From Blasia pusilla (lineage: Eukaryota), in contig CM114271.1 of NCBI GenBank assembly GCA_050084515.1, positions 13,082,001 to 13,146,000 of the forward strand: a DNA stretch of 64,000 nt, read 5' to 3'. Of the stretch, positions 24,815-37,933 are shown piece after piece (position 1 is the stretch's first letter; each line of letters starts with the position of its first letter). A model generated the notes under the pieces. That model searched no databases. It saw only the letters and a list, made by a program, of their open reading frames with translations, and was not told the origin of the DNA. Position numbers and translations under genes: made by a program.

Positions 24815-26800
24815 TTAGTAAGGTGCCCGTGTAGTAAACAGTAAAGGGAAGATTTATTTTATCAAATTTATTTCATTTCAATATTTTTTTATGTCTTGTA
24901 TATTTTATATTTAATGTGTAGTCGCCTTTCTTATTTGAAAGGTCATCTTTTTCATTGTTATGTGGATGGAACTTTTGTCTCCTACTCTAGATAATGCTAT
25001 GTGGAAAAATATATGAGTAGGCAAGTAAATGCCAACCTTTTGCAAAGTTTGACCTTACGACTTATTAGTAGTCATAGCAGAAGCCGACCTAATAGGAAAT
25101 TGAAACCTACGTAAATCAAATGGGGAATCTCATGCAATCAATGGAATACGTGGAATAAAAATGCAATCTCCAATATTCTTTCCATTGATAATTTCACCAT
25201 CGATGCAATATCTCATAAATCCACGAATCACCATTCTTGTCTTGTTTGTTTGTCCATATGACCCATTCATATTTTGTTAGAGCATGATTGGTGCACCAAT
25301 CTTCAAACACAAACGATGCGGAGAAAGTCTAGAAGGCAAACATATGTTCAAGAATTCAGTTGGGTAGATATGAGTCATCCCCTCCTTCGGAATAGAGTCG
25401 ACGTTGAGGTAAATATGCTCATGTACATAATATGTAATGAATTAGTGAGAAAAGCTAATATTAGTATCCAAACTTCCAAGAAAGGTATAGATAGAAATAC
25501 AAAGGAGATAAGCCTAAAGGGTTACCTCTCCAGGGAACCGAGACATAACATCTGCATTTATGTCGTGAACATCTTTATTTCTTAGAGTCAAAATAGTTGT
25601 ATCTCTTAAGAAATCAATGTCATGGAATCGGCTAGGAAAATTGCCATAGATCAAATCAATAAGATCACATATCTTGTTACTATTAGTAATAATTTCATAT
25701 GGTAATCGTATAAAGTCTTCTCCCAAATGACAGTGTAAAGGTACACGATCCTCTCCCACTTCCAACAACCAATCAGCAAAAGATTGTTGTTCATCATGCA
25801 AATGACCATCCAACCTTTAAACTCTTATGCTTGTTTTCAACTTTATGACCCTTATATTGGACCAAAGAGATGATCCCTTTATGGTGGCTTGGATTATTTG
25901 GGGCCGATCCCCATGACAAACAACAGGCAATACTTGACGAAAATCACCACCAAATACCATAAGTTCTCCATCGAATGGTAATTTCCAAGATTATGTATTG
26001 TAAATTTGTAATGCTAACTGATTGTCAATGTAATGAACTTACGTTCGAGATGTTTCAAGGAGGAGTTCATCTTCAACTTGTGTTTGTTGTGCTAAGATTT
26101 CCTTGCGACAGGCACGCCTTTTTTGTTGTGCATTTGCACGCATCAATCTTCAGAAATTGCGCAAAACCGTAGGATTTTATGGAAGAGGAAGTATGAGCAA
26201 CAAATGGGGGCATTGCATCATAATTAAAATCTTCATTGTGGAAATAATTATGAATTTTTGGAAGTCACATAAATTTGTAGGCATCATCGTGGAATGTAAA
26301 TACATTGGTTCCATCCCTACTCTAAACAAAGATGCTTACATTGGAGAGGTGTTCTTCAAATGTTGGATTTGTCTCCCTGAAATTAGATTCGAAATCGGCA
26401 TATTCGTGATAACACCTAGAGGCTATCTCTCCACGTTCCATAAAAATCCATCGGTACTCGCCATCTAAATGACACATCACAAAACTAATTATTAAAGTTT
26501 TCACTTGAAATAAGAAGATAAAATAAATGAAGAATAGACAAATGATGAAATAAGAAGATAAACAATGATGTGATTTTTAGTAGGGAAAAGAAAAATGATG
26601 AAGAAATTTTAGAAGAGGTAGAGGGGAATTTTAATAAGAGGTAGAAGGGAATTTTAATTAGAAGCAGAGGGGAATTTTAATAAGAGGTAGAGGGGAATTT
26701 TAATTAGAAGTAGATGGGAATTTTAATTAGACCCTAAATTTCCAAATTCTGAAAAAAAAGGAAAATAGGGAAATATCCATTTTCCTTTTTCTTTAAAAAA
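24815..26800 (-). mobile_element. Helitron copy 2 (same family as copy 1), with a large internal deletion and a retained 3' end
   Basis: About 24870-25985 is the reverse complement of copy 1 ~5020-6110 (QQSFADWLLEVGE...RFPGE). 26020-26122 matches copy 1 172-275. The minus strand ends ...cacgggcaccttaCTAA|T at 24815. The 5' limit is uncertain. Confidence 0.88.
26614..26728. repeat. 23-bp minisatellite, 5 copies
   Basis: Unit aga(g/a)g(t/c)agaggggaattttaat(a/t) repeated five times. Confidence 0.9.
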
Positions 26801-27647
26801 GAAAAAGTGAATCTCTTGCACCTACGTTGCTGCCCTACAGATACTCTTATAGCCTCGTGTTTGCTTTTTGCTCGCCTCGCTTTGCTCTTTGGAAGTTTTT
26901 TTGTTGTAGGGCCGATTTCCCCCGTGAGGAGATTGCGCTCGTGGGGCTCGAGTGCACTCGAGCCTTTAGGCCGACCACTCAAAAGTGGCCTTACGCTGTA
27001 TCGGCCCAAGTTCGATCAAGGTTGGGGGGATTGCCTTGCTGATTGTTGCTGACTTGCGGATACCCAGCCGACTCCATCCGCGTTTGGAGCAAGCCGTAGT
27101 GTACCTACCTCGCGTCTTTGTTTACATTTTTGCTCAGCTTCTTTGCTCATCGTTTGGCATGCAATGTTCAACCCGACATTTTTGGCATATGCAGTGCTTA
27201 GGTCAGGTTACATGTTGTGCAGGTTCTCCACTTCGGCCGTGGCTTTAAGTGTCAATTCAAGTGTAGAGTTTAGAGGCTCCCTGCACCTCCGCAGCTACAT
27301 AGGACTTGTCCGGTTTATCGTTGGGGGGCATGGATTTCAACCAACTATCTCAAATGGCAGCCAGATGTGCCATAGCTGAGGGACCAAGGGTAGCAAGAAG
27401 TACTCGAGTTGAGTACCTAAACTGCTCCAGGGTAGTCCACAGTACTTGAGTTGAGTACTGTAAGACATGGAGAGGATGAACACACACAATCATCAGTATT
27501 TCAAGTAGCTTCCATTCATAAAATAGAGAATTACATGTGTGTTCGATTAGACAGCTTCTACTCATCTGCATGCTTGGGTCTTCCCAGCACCCGGGATCAG
27601 AAGACTATATTGATATTTACAACGACACCATTCCCCTCTTTTCCTTT

Positions 27648-28250
27648 CTAAGTGGACTTATTTGTAGCGTGTCCACCTCGCGTGGGTGTACACGGCACAT
27701 CAAGATCGACAGGGGACCTACTATCACATGGTGAGCATTTCTCGTGCACCACCGGATGTGGGGTTCCCTTCCGCTTCTTCGTAGAATCACCCTCAATGGT
27801 GTACCCCCTCTCATTCACGAGCCTCCTCAGCTGATATGGTGGAGTGTCTTCAACAGGATTTGGAATGTCCTCTTTCAGGCCTTCAACGGGATGTGGAACG
27901 TATCCCTTGTCTGATGATGCAAGAACTTCTCCAACGGACCGGGAATCCTTTTTTGCCTCTTCAAAGCCTAGGGCATGCTCTGGTGTAAGTCGCTCTCCCC
28001 AAGCTGGACTTGGCTGGAAGTGTGTCTTCTTCCATTTACTTAAATGCATACACTCTTCCTCAAAAGCCGGAGACCATTTGGAACTCTCTAGTGTCATGAG
28101 ATCAGTTGATTTGATCCCATAATGTTTTTTTGATGATGTCACCTTTGATGCACTCTTGTCATTGCCTTGCCTGGACTTCTTCGCTGTGATTCTGGTTGCC
28201 ATATTATGTCGTTCTCTTGGTACTGCTGTCAAGAATGGATGCAGGTGCAA
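27648..28250 (-). CDS. Unassigned 200-aa ORF (Met at about 28202), probably TE-associated or a pseudogene
   Basis: Long open frame of low-complexity K/S/P/E-rich sequence (MATRITAKKSR...) inside a TE island. I recognise no motif. Confidence 0.3.
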   Translation of the reverse strand: MHLHPFLTAVPRERHNMATRITAKKSRQGNDKSASKVTSSKKHYGIKSTDLMTLESSKWSPAFEEECMHLSKWKKTHFQPSPAWGERLTPEHALGFEEAKKDSRSVGEVLASSDKGYVPHPVEGLKEDIPNPVEDTPPYQLRRLVNERGYTIEGDSTKKRKGTPHPVVHEKCSPCDSRSPVDLDVPCTPTRGGHATNKST

Positions 28251-29865
28251 GAATGAGGAGCAAGCAGGAGCGGCGAAGATGGAGACAATGTTACTCGGAC
28301 CCAGAGGAGCAGTTCAATCAAGAATCCAAAGGGAATGCACCTTTATGTTAGCACGAGGAGATTGACTACAATGTAGGAGTACGATGTAGGAGCACGAGAA
28401 GATTGGTTGCAGTTGCTAAGTACGATGGTTGTTGGTGCTGAGTCTGATGTACAACTGCAAAAGCTGAGTTCGATGTTACCTGGAATGTTGAACATTAACA
28501 ATAAGTTGTCAAAGTAGACCTCAGATAGAGTAGAACTCGGGATGCACGTAAATACATCTGAGTTGCTTTGTATGAAAAGCATACGCGTATAAAATTGTAA
28601 TTGCTCATTATACACATGAATAAAACTGAAGTAATCTACTCTTTAGAGTGTAAATGCATGTGGAGTGTTCTCACCTGTGTATGGCGTCTAAATGCGCACA
28701 ATGGGGACAATAAATATGGAAGATTAACCTCGGCGAAGAGGCCCCTGACATCATGGATATATCCCCCTGCCTTCATCGACGGATCTCTTGGATCGTAAGA
28801 TTGTAACTGTCTGTAAGGACTGAAATTTGAAAATGGAAAAAGCATTAAGCCACTGAGGCTGCGGTGGATAATACAGAACCCTAAAAGGAATTTGAAAAAG
28901 AGGTTGCGGCTGGGCGGATTTCAGGGAGCCCTAAAATCCAACGGTTGGGAAAGGTCGTGCCAGACGGAGGTAACCCCTTATCGTATTAGTAAAAAATGCA
29001 AGGTTCTTCCATAATAGTATAGATTTTAAATTTTTATTTTGGTGTCTATGCCATAAATTTGATAAAATATTGCCAAAATATTTCAAATATATTCCAATTT
29101 CAAAATATTTCAAATAATCAAATATTCATATTTTGAGGGAAAATGAAATATTAAATATGATTAACACTAATTTTGGAAAATACTTCTAGCTTATGATTTC
29201 CTTATATTTTTTTTAGGGAGAATACTCAGCAAAAATTTTGGATCACATGTTTCCCATAAAACTTTGTACTCTTAATGCTGGTAGATAATTCCCACAACTA
29301 GTTCACATAAAAGCATATAGCATGTATTTATGATACTTGCCATATCCACCAACCTAGCAATTGCAGATTGCCACAAGCAGGGGAGGAGGGACGTATCTAG
29401 TATATGCTATGAGGGTACGTTTATCACTTCCTCAACAATTACCTCTAAACATGAGGTGGTAATCTCGTCACGATCAAGTAGCAAAGCCGCAAATTGGAAT
29501 ACCTTCATTGGTCCAACTCATACCATTACCAAGTCCATGGTAGAAAAACAAAATTGAGCCTCACACACCGTAGTGACCATCCCCATCAAATAACTCAATA
29601 TTGGTTCCACCTAATCGGAAATAGGAGTTACCTCTCCAACTCCTCGTGATGTCGATATATTCATCCCATTTATAGGTACCACTAGTTGTTTGTGCACTAT
29701 CGATCGTATGTGTAGTGCCTCTGACAATATGAATGACTAGGGAACCTTGGCTTCTTGCCCATTGATGTCCTCCTATGGGTCTATCTTAAGTCCAACTCCT
29801 TGTGTCTCGGTCACTCCCGTAGTGCCCAGAGTCACTACAACAACAACCTCTACATCACTTGCATT

Positions 29866-30503
29866 TGTCGTGCATATACACATCGCTACACAACATACAT
29901 CGCTATCACTGAACATACACATAAACACGCACGACCCCATGCTAACTCATGGCATCCAAACAAAGAGACGAGAAGTACAAAAATATCTCCAATTAAATCA
30001 ATGAAATCTCACATCAACATCTCACACCAAGTTCTCCATGGTGTGCACTCTCTCTCATGTCAAACCAAACGCACTCTCCTAATGAGAGGCTTGGATTACA
30101 CACACAAGACAAAGAAGTCCATAGCTCCGCCGCCTCATGCCAAGAGGTTCAACAAAGAGAGAATGAGCTCTCAAACTCTCTCTATTGGAGATATATCCCC
30201 TTCCCTCTCCCAACATCTCTCTTCGATGACCTATGCTTGCAGGTCACCTCCTTGGCACTTGACTTGCTGTAGCGGATGAAGGGCCACTTCCCAAAGTAGA
30301 AAGTCAACTATGCTCAAAATGAAAACTTACTTGAAATAGTAACTTTCTATATATGGCTCCTAATGAGCTACAGCGAAGGGGAAACCTGCTCTCTCAGGTT
30401 ACCCATGGCCTCAACAGGTCATCCTCAACCTCTTGAGGCTGTCCTCTAGTATCTTCGGAGGCGCTCTACTAGATCTCGCCAATGTATCCTAAAAGACGTG
30501 ACA
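29866..30503. mobile_element. LTR (solo-type), same family as 46191-46831 in the opposite orientation
   Basis: TGTCG...GTGACA termini, about 640 bp, colinear with the reverse complement of 46191-46831. No clean 4-5 bp target-site duplication. Confidence 0.8.
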
Positions 30504-30509
30504 ATTATC

Positions 30510-33500
30510 GTACGCATACACATCGTCCGTCACCTAATCGCCACCCTGGACGATAAGCAACGGTCTCCTCCCTAAAGTCAAGGATGAATCCTAGGGGATA
30601 TACAATGTACTCCCCACCAACATATCGTTCGACTCAACTGGTGTCGTAATCGCACATATGCGCACCATAGCACTATTTGTCGCATGCTCTAGCTGGACTC
30701 TAACATATATCTCTTGTCGAGTCATATACTCCGTGGGTGACACGTCCCCAATCAAGGTTTGTATCTAGAAGGCAGGCATAAACCCCATACTAGTGAGATC
30801 CTCGCCCGGGCCAGGGTAAGAGGTGGAAGCTGGAGCCACACTAGCAACTCTCGACTCACTAGTATGGGGTTTATGAGGATCTCACTGACTTGTAGGCACC
30901 ATTGGTCGTCAAGGCACCATGGATGGTGTGTGTTGTGCCTCTAACAACGTGATCAAACTGTGGAACCTTGGCTTGCCGCCCATCGGTCCCCTCCGATGGG
31001 TCAATCTCAACTCCACCTCTCGATGGCTCAGTGCCTCTTGCAACATCCTGAGTCACCACCGCAGCAGCCTCAACCTGAGCCGCACTACACATAAACCCCA
31101 TACTAGTGAGATCCTCGCCCGGGCCAGGGTAAGAGGTGGAAGCTGGAGCCACACTAGCAACTCTCGGCTCCGTACCTTCCCTGAGTTGCATCATCGTTAT
31201 GGCAGCAATCCTCTGCTCCAATTGATTGATGCGCGAGAGAAGCACCGTCTCTAGTGCTCTCGCTACATCTCCTCTGGCAGGTGGTGGTCTTCTACCACCA
31301 CGTCCAACAACAACTCCTTGATATCTTCCAAGACGACCGCCCAGGGGCCCTTGGCCTACCTCTGGATGTGCCTCTCGACGGAGGTCAAAACATCTATCCC
31401 TAGTGTGACCAAATCTGTGGCAATAGTCACACTAGTAATATAGTGGGGCCATCCTCTATGGCTCTTGAGCAATCGGAGGCGCTCGTGGTCCCCTCCCATG
31501 CTGTGGGCAGTCTCTCTATCTATGGGCCCCTCCACACATCTAGCAAGACAACATCAGTCCCTGTTGGGCAACATATGTAGGCACGGGTCGTTGCCTCATA
31601 GTCTTATGGTACCCGCCTTGCTCTCTGGGTGCACTCGCCCGCTCCCGTAGTACTGGTGCTCGTTGTGGCACTTGTGGGGTTGTTGTAACCCGTGAACCCG
31701 TTGACTCCCGAGAAAATCTGGTGGTCACCACTTGCTCCTCACTCTTGTTGAGCTCAATACGCTCAGACAACTCAAAGACCACCTTCAGTGTGGGCTTCAT
31801 GGTGTGAAGAAAAATCGCATCGCGGACTCTCCTCCGTAGTTCTCGATCCAGAACCCCTTACTAATACTAGACTGACTGCGCCTCAATCACTCCATAAGTA
31901 GCAATGATCAGCCTCCTCATGCGCATGAACGCCTCTCGTAGACTCTCACCCGATCGTCGTTGAAAATCCTATAGACTCTTCAACTTGTCGGTCCGCACGC
32001 CTTGGTAGCTCCTCCCCAATTGTCGGAAGAACTCCAATGTATGACTAAAAGTGGGTGTCCCTCTACCACGAGAGGTCTCTGCCACCTCACTTGACTCACT
32101 GCCCTCCTCTCCATCTAGTCTCCGGGCTGATGAGATGGGTCTCTCTCCTCTCACGATCCCATCATGTGCCTCGCAACCACTAGTGGATACATATCGTGGA
32201 GCCCAATACATCCTCCAAGCATCAATCTATACTAAATATAGCGATCGGAACTCCATATAATCATCCATCCGAGGACCCTCCAAGTGCTGGAACAACCCCT
32301 TCCATGCCATGAAAGGGTTGAAACGTTTCGGGGTCCGTGTCTCTTGGAAATCAAAGCACGTGTCAAACTCTTAGATGAAGTCATCTAAGTCGATGGTGCC
32401 CAGTGCACCCAAGAAACGACGCATGCCTCGGTGGCCCATGTCGTCCATCGATGTCCTGCCAAGTGACACTATCTCCGTCTGCAATCTTGTCACTAGACCC
32501 GCTGTCCAGTGATGACGATCCAACCACGGATGGAAGTCGAGGTAGCTCCTCACTCATAATCCCTTGGTATCTCACTCCACTCCATGTCACACCACTACTA
32601 CTGCTCGCACTACCCCGTTCTTCCGAACCCGGGAAGAACGTTGAGGACAACCCTGTCTCACCCGCTCAAGCACTCAGACTCACCAAAATTCTTCCACACT
32701 CCTCACTAGCTCACCCGGCCTCCCGCACACTTAATCCCGTGACGACACACCCGGCCTCGCGCACACTCAACACTCGGGCTCACCATGAGCCTCCCAACTA
32801 ACTCACCTAAACTACCAACACTCTCGAATCATACATGTGACCCCTACTCGGCAACCGCTGTATATCCATAAACAAGCTACACATGCATGGAGACTACACG
32901 CATCACCATTGCTACACCCATCTAGCCCCAACAACTACCCAATACCCAACGCTCTCAAGCACATAAGATAAGTGTGGGAAAAGGGACTCGAATGGGTAAC
33001 CTGATCACGCTCTCCAACCTACAGCATCGTCAACACACTCCTCCATGTGGTACGGCAACCTCCGCAATATGACACTCTCCTCGACACACGTCAAACCTCC
33101 CAGCAATGGATGCAGACTACCCGTCGGCATTGACACGTGTGTCTCCATCACAACCCTAGAAAATCCCACTCGGTGAAGAACTAATGAGTCGACCCCCAAC
33201 CGACTTGTAATAACTGCCAAGCTCTTGTCGCAAATCCCACCATGCTCGCGAAACACCAAGTTTCAAAATGCTCTCCTACTACGTAATTCAACGCAGTCAC
33301 ATCCGCCCCCTCAAGCTAGTAGCCTGAACCAACCACGTATGACTCCTTGCTAATACCACGTCTGCTCTTGCCTCTACCACGTCAGCCTTGCCCGACTACG
33401 TCCTTTTGATTGACCACGTCCGCCCTGCTTGACTATGTCAACCCTGACCACATCTGGCTTGCCTACCACGTCTACGCTGTCAGCTATGTCTGCCCCGCCA

Positions 33501-34500
33501 ACTACGTTGCTTGAGAGTACCACGTCGGCCCCCTAGTGTCTACCACGTCCATGGGGGGCTATGAGGATCCCACACCAAGAAGGGGAGGAGGGGAGGATCG
33601 CAGCTTGCCGCCCTATGCTCCTGACCCCGGCTCCCGGCTCCAACTCTTGCGACCTAACCCTAGCTAGGCGTTCGCGCCCTAGCCCTAGCCGCCTTTACTT
33701 GATAGCCCCCCGATGGCTACAAGCCCTCAACTTGCTTCTCTCTCGACACTCCTGCTATGCGTTGTTCTCTCGACCCTCCAACAATACTCTACGCAGCACC
33801 CAAGCGCTCCTGCCCAACCCCCATTGTGTTGTTGTCCCTCGTCACCGGCACTAGCAAGATATGAGAAGAAAAACCGACAGCGCTTTCTTGCACAACTTTT
33901 TGAACAGAAAAATGACAACAAAACGCCAATCAACGTATCCAAGGACTCCCCACCGAGGCAAATCGCCTACCTACTTGCAAACAACGAATTCCCATCCGCC
34001 CCTTGACATCTTTCTCGTGTAAAAATAAAGATTAATAAAAATAGCACACCCGGCCTAAAATTCCATTCCTCAATCTACATCGGCATATCGAGCCTCATCC
34101 ACCCTTTGCTATCAAGCAATCCAGACACTAGCACCCAATCCTAACTCACACACACGAGCAAGAATGGTACTCCAACGGCCCAACATGAGAAGATGACTTG
34201 CGAAAGCCATCTTCCTCCCTTATATAGGGTTGGAAAGAGCCAAAAGGCTCTTCTCCTAAAAAAAGCTATCCTCTTGGTAACCTGTGCGCAGAGGTTACTA
34301 AGGGTGGATGACATGCTCAGCAAGTCACCCGGTTGTGAAAGACCTCGACAAGAAAGTTGTGAGAAACGACGTTCCTCATACAACGGACCTATCCTCAACC
34401 TCTTCCGACACCTTGGGACAAAATTACACTCAAGACACTCCACTAGCTCCTATGCCCTATCCACGATAGATCTCGGCCTATCGGCTATTCAGATGTGACA
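30510..34500 (-). mobile_element. Old, decayed Ty3/gypsy-like LTR retrotransposon remnant (gag, zinc knuckle, protease-like piece, probable LTR edge at 34500)
   Basis: Gag-like FFRQLGRSYQGVRTDKLKSL*DFQRRSGESLREAFMRMRRLI, knuckle C*MCGGAHR*RDC near 31500-31550, and VYPLGFILDFREETVAYRPGWR near 30540-30610. tagatctcg...gatgtgaca at 34467-34500 resembles the end of the 29866-30503 LTR. Confidence 0.65.
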
Positions 34501-34530
34501 CCTTGACTTAAATATTCTGCAGATCAGAGG

Positions 34531-36360
34531 TTGTCCACTACATTGATTCTAGTCCATCCTCAAGAAGAACCTACATGTACAAGTCTGCTTCCATTCCATG
34601 TATTCATCCTACCACTCTATACGCCAAAAGATCACCTATCATTCTTCTCATATTGGTCTACACATGAACTATTGAAAGCCTATCCAAAAACTCCGAATGA
34701 GGAAGTTATTTACTTAGATAAGTTAGGCAACATTGTCAACAAGACTTCTAGATTAGTTAGATTTATTGAATTTCATCCACTTCATGAGTGGAGTGAGTTT
34801 TTATACTTCATTCTCCTTGAGAATATACCTTTCAAATCAGAAGACTCACATTTGTCTTTCCATGTCAAGCAATGGACCTATATCCATGGATATGTGCATT
34901 GAGGTACAATTTAGAACATGATTGATATTCACGAGCTTATAAGAATGCATGCGGCGAAAAAACTTGTGGAGTCGCATCCATGAAGTTGAGATCCTTGCCA
35001 CAGCTACCAACATCCTTCAACTTGAGCTCAAATTAGATATAAACTCCATGATTGCTCTAAACTCTTTACAAAGTGAAGTCCATGATGTATGTGAGAATGA
35101 ATAATTTCCTGAACCAAACATTAGCCTCTTGAATTCGGAACAGGCTAACCTTTTCATCCTGCTTACCATAATGGAATATGGTCTAGTGCTTCTTAAGGGA
35201 GCTCCTAGTTGTTGTATGTCTTTCTTTGTGTCATTTATGTATAACTATTGGAAGTAAAAAGAATGTCACCTTTGCTCACAGCCACCACAAGTATTGCCGT
35301 TGTACGTTTGCACCAAGATGCAAGTACAGTTCACTCAACCTTTAGCATTCTCATTCGTCGTGGCCTGCCATCTATGCATGCAGCTTCTTACTGTTATGTA
35401 AAGCTTAAGGTTGCTCAAGTAATTGTGGTTGACGAATGTTCCATGTTGACAACCAAACTCCTACAAATAGTAATAGTGCGCATAAATGAAATTACTAAAT
35501 GCACTAGCTAGAATATACTTTGCGGAAAACTGCTTATTCTTGTGGGAGATCTCTACCAATTGCCACGCGTTTGCAATCATAAAGTTTTGAGGATATTTCA
35601 TGACTTTTGTCATGATTGCCATATTAGTTCTTCTACATTCCGTGAGAATGTGCTCTCGTATGAGTCGGTCACACCTTTGCGCCACTTTGATAATCCTCTC
35701 TACCATGACTTCCTAACCTCTATGAGATCTAAGCTTCCCACTCAAAAGTAGACCGATGAGTGTCTGGGTGACTACTTTGTGACTGAAGATGAAGCAACAT
35801 ATTTCATCAACTCAGATACAAAAGTCATTTGTAATTACTGTGAGGACGTTGCACTATTTAATCTTCTAGCACTCAAAAGAATATTTGGGAATGATTTGAT
35901 TATTAAGATTAATGTTATTTCAGATGTATCTTCCAAGCCATAATTTAGTGCATGGTCAAATTATGACTCTTTCCATCAGTTACCATTTTTTGCACTTCAT
36001 TGTCGTGTCATGATTACGTTTAATGTCAATATGAAATGCTAGGCAGCCAACAGATCCTTGGCAACTATTTTGTGATCTTGTCTATCATAACGATGAACTA
36101 GTTCATATCGTTGTTACTCTTGACTCTAATGGAAAATCCATCAAAATTAGTAGAACAAATCTCTCTACTCTCAAGTATGATTCAGATCAAGAATTTACCA
36201 AGAGGTCATTTCCCCTAATGTTGGGGTATGCCATGACTGTCCATAAGAGCCAAGGCTGCACAGTGCATGGTCCTTGGCTGCTAGTTGTCAAGTCAATCTT
36301 TGCTACTAGCCTATGTCATGTTGTCTAGAGTTAGGAAAAGGGAACAACTTAGAATACTAT
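34531..36360 (+). pseudogene. Decayed PIF1-like helicase of a second type (possibly Helitron2/Helentron-like)
   Basis: RLVRF.EFHP...EFLYFILLENIPFKSE, LNSEQ, degenerate Walker A LKGAPSCCMSF, ATTSIA...TVHSTF, VVDECSM, GDLYQLP, FPLMLGYAMTVHKSQG and SRVRKREQL. Many stops and frameshifts; no obvious nucleotide similarity to Helitron copy 1. Confidence 0.75.
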
Positions 36361-37933
36361 GATCACTATCACCTGAAGACTTTGCTATTTTTGGATGACA
36401 AGGTACATCTTTTATACAATTGCTTCTTTCTCTCTGAATAACACTCCTCCTTCAAGTATGTCTTCATGTGGCAACTCAAGCAAAGACCGTACAATGAGAT
36501 CAACAGCTCAACCTTTGAAGAGTGACCAGCTGCCATTGTATGAGCATGCTACAAATCCTACCAATATGCGAGACGCTCAATCTATCCGCCAACAATAGCA
36601 TCAGACTCAACCAACCACATAGATTAATCTCCACACCTGCAACTCCTTAGGATTTCACTTCTATCACATTGACTTCACCTAATACCTCCTTCACATGCTC
36701 TCTCAAACTACTTGGACTTCGCTAGCATGATTTTGTCCAACATCCATGCACAACCTAAGGAATTCAAGCCCGGCTTCATATTCCCCATGGATAACCAGAT
36801 AAAATACATGGACAACTTAGGGATGGTTCATTCATTCTGGGAGCATGGTGTAACAAGCATGCATATAATCTTGATTATCCATGGCTAGCTTTGGGATGTT
36901 AACTTTCATTGCCTAAACAATGATGCACGAGCATCATGTACATTTTCCCATATCTTCTTGTCAAATTCATCCTCAATCATGACTTTCCACAATTGGTTAT
37001 ATCAACATTGTTACTGACATGCTCTTTTGATTTTTTCCAGGAATCGAGAAAGAGGTCCTCAAGTTCAAGAATGTTGATTTTAAAGAAACATCCTTGTCTA
37101 GGAAGGATGCAGCCAGGCTGTTCAATCTTGTGACTCATGGCATCAGAGTTCATCAAATGTGTATTTTGAGGCACTAGAAGCACTGGCCTCTAATTTTTTT
37201 GATAGACTTGAGTTTTGCTAAAGCCACTCATCTTATTGAGCATATGAAGACAACCCATGATAACGGGTAGTTACCAGACTTTGAGCCTATTCCTATTGAT
37301 ATAAAAAAATCCATCTCATTTTCCCGTGCTTCCAGAATTTGATGATGTAATTATATTATCTTTGATCCTATCCATCAATCATCCATTTCTTCTCAGTTGG
37401 ATGTCATTGAAGTCATTACCAATGCCACTACTCCCTAGAGCAATGACTTCAATAGTACATTGCAATCTCCAAGCGAAAAGGAATGCACCTAGGCATTCCC
37501 TTCTCCAAAAGTAAGTAATTGCAATGGTATATTCTTTTAGTACTTCTAGCCTTGACGTTTTGGTCCTTATGATGATTTCTACTATACTTGTTGTTATATG
37601 CCCTATCCATTGTTGTTTGCAGGTCATACTTTTGTGCTCAATAACCAACCTCTTTTGTTTTAGGAAGTCCTATCAGCTAGAATTTCTCTAGCATACTTGT
37701 AGAGACACCTTTTAGTATTTCTAGATTGTATACTCTTATCTACATTTTGTTGAAGTGCAACCACATCCTATGTACTTCCCTTTTCACACAATGGAGTTCC
37801 GAATTTTCTATCATACCATTCGAGCATATAATTACTATGTTTTTCATAATAAATGTTTAATTCTTAGACTTGTTGTTGCAACGTTTATGCCCATGGTATT
37901 GTCATCACACTCTCCATTCACTTTCAGAATATC

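Noticed and set aside
33354-33550. CRISPR-like repeat-spacer appearance
   Set aside because: Cores are only about 7 nt and degenerate, spacers are about 10-14 nt, the context is eukaryotic and no cas genes are present.
34193-34498. ORF as the Rep domain belonging to the PIF1 relic
   Set aside because: No HUH or tyrosine motifs; the segment ends in an LTR-like ...gtgaca and is better explained as LTR sequence.
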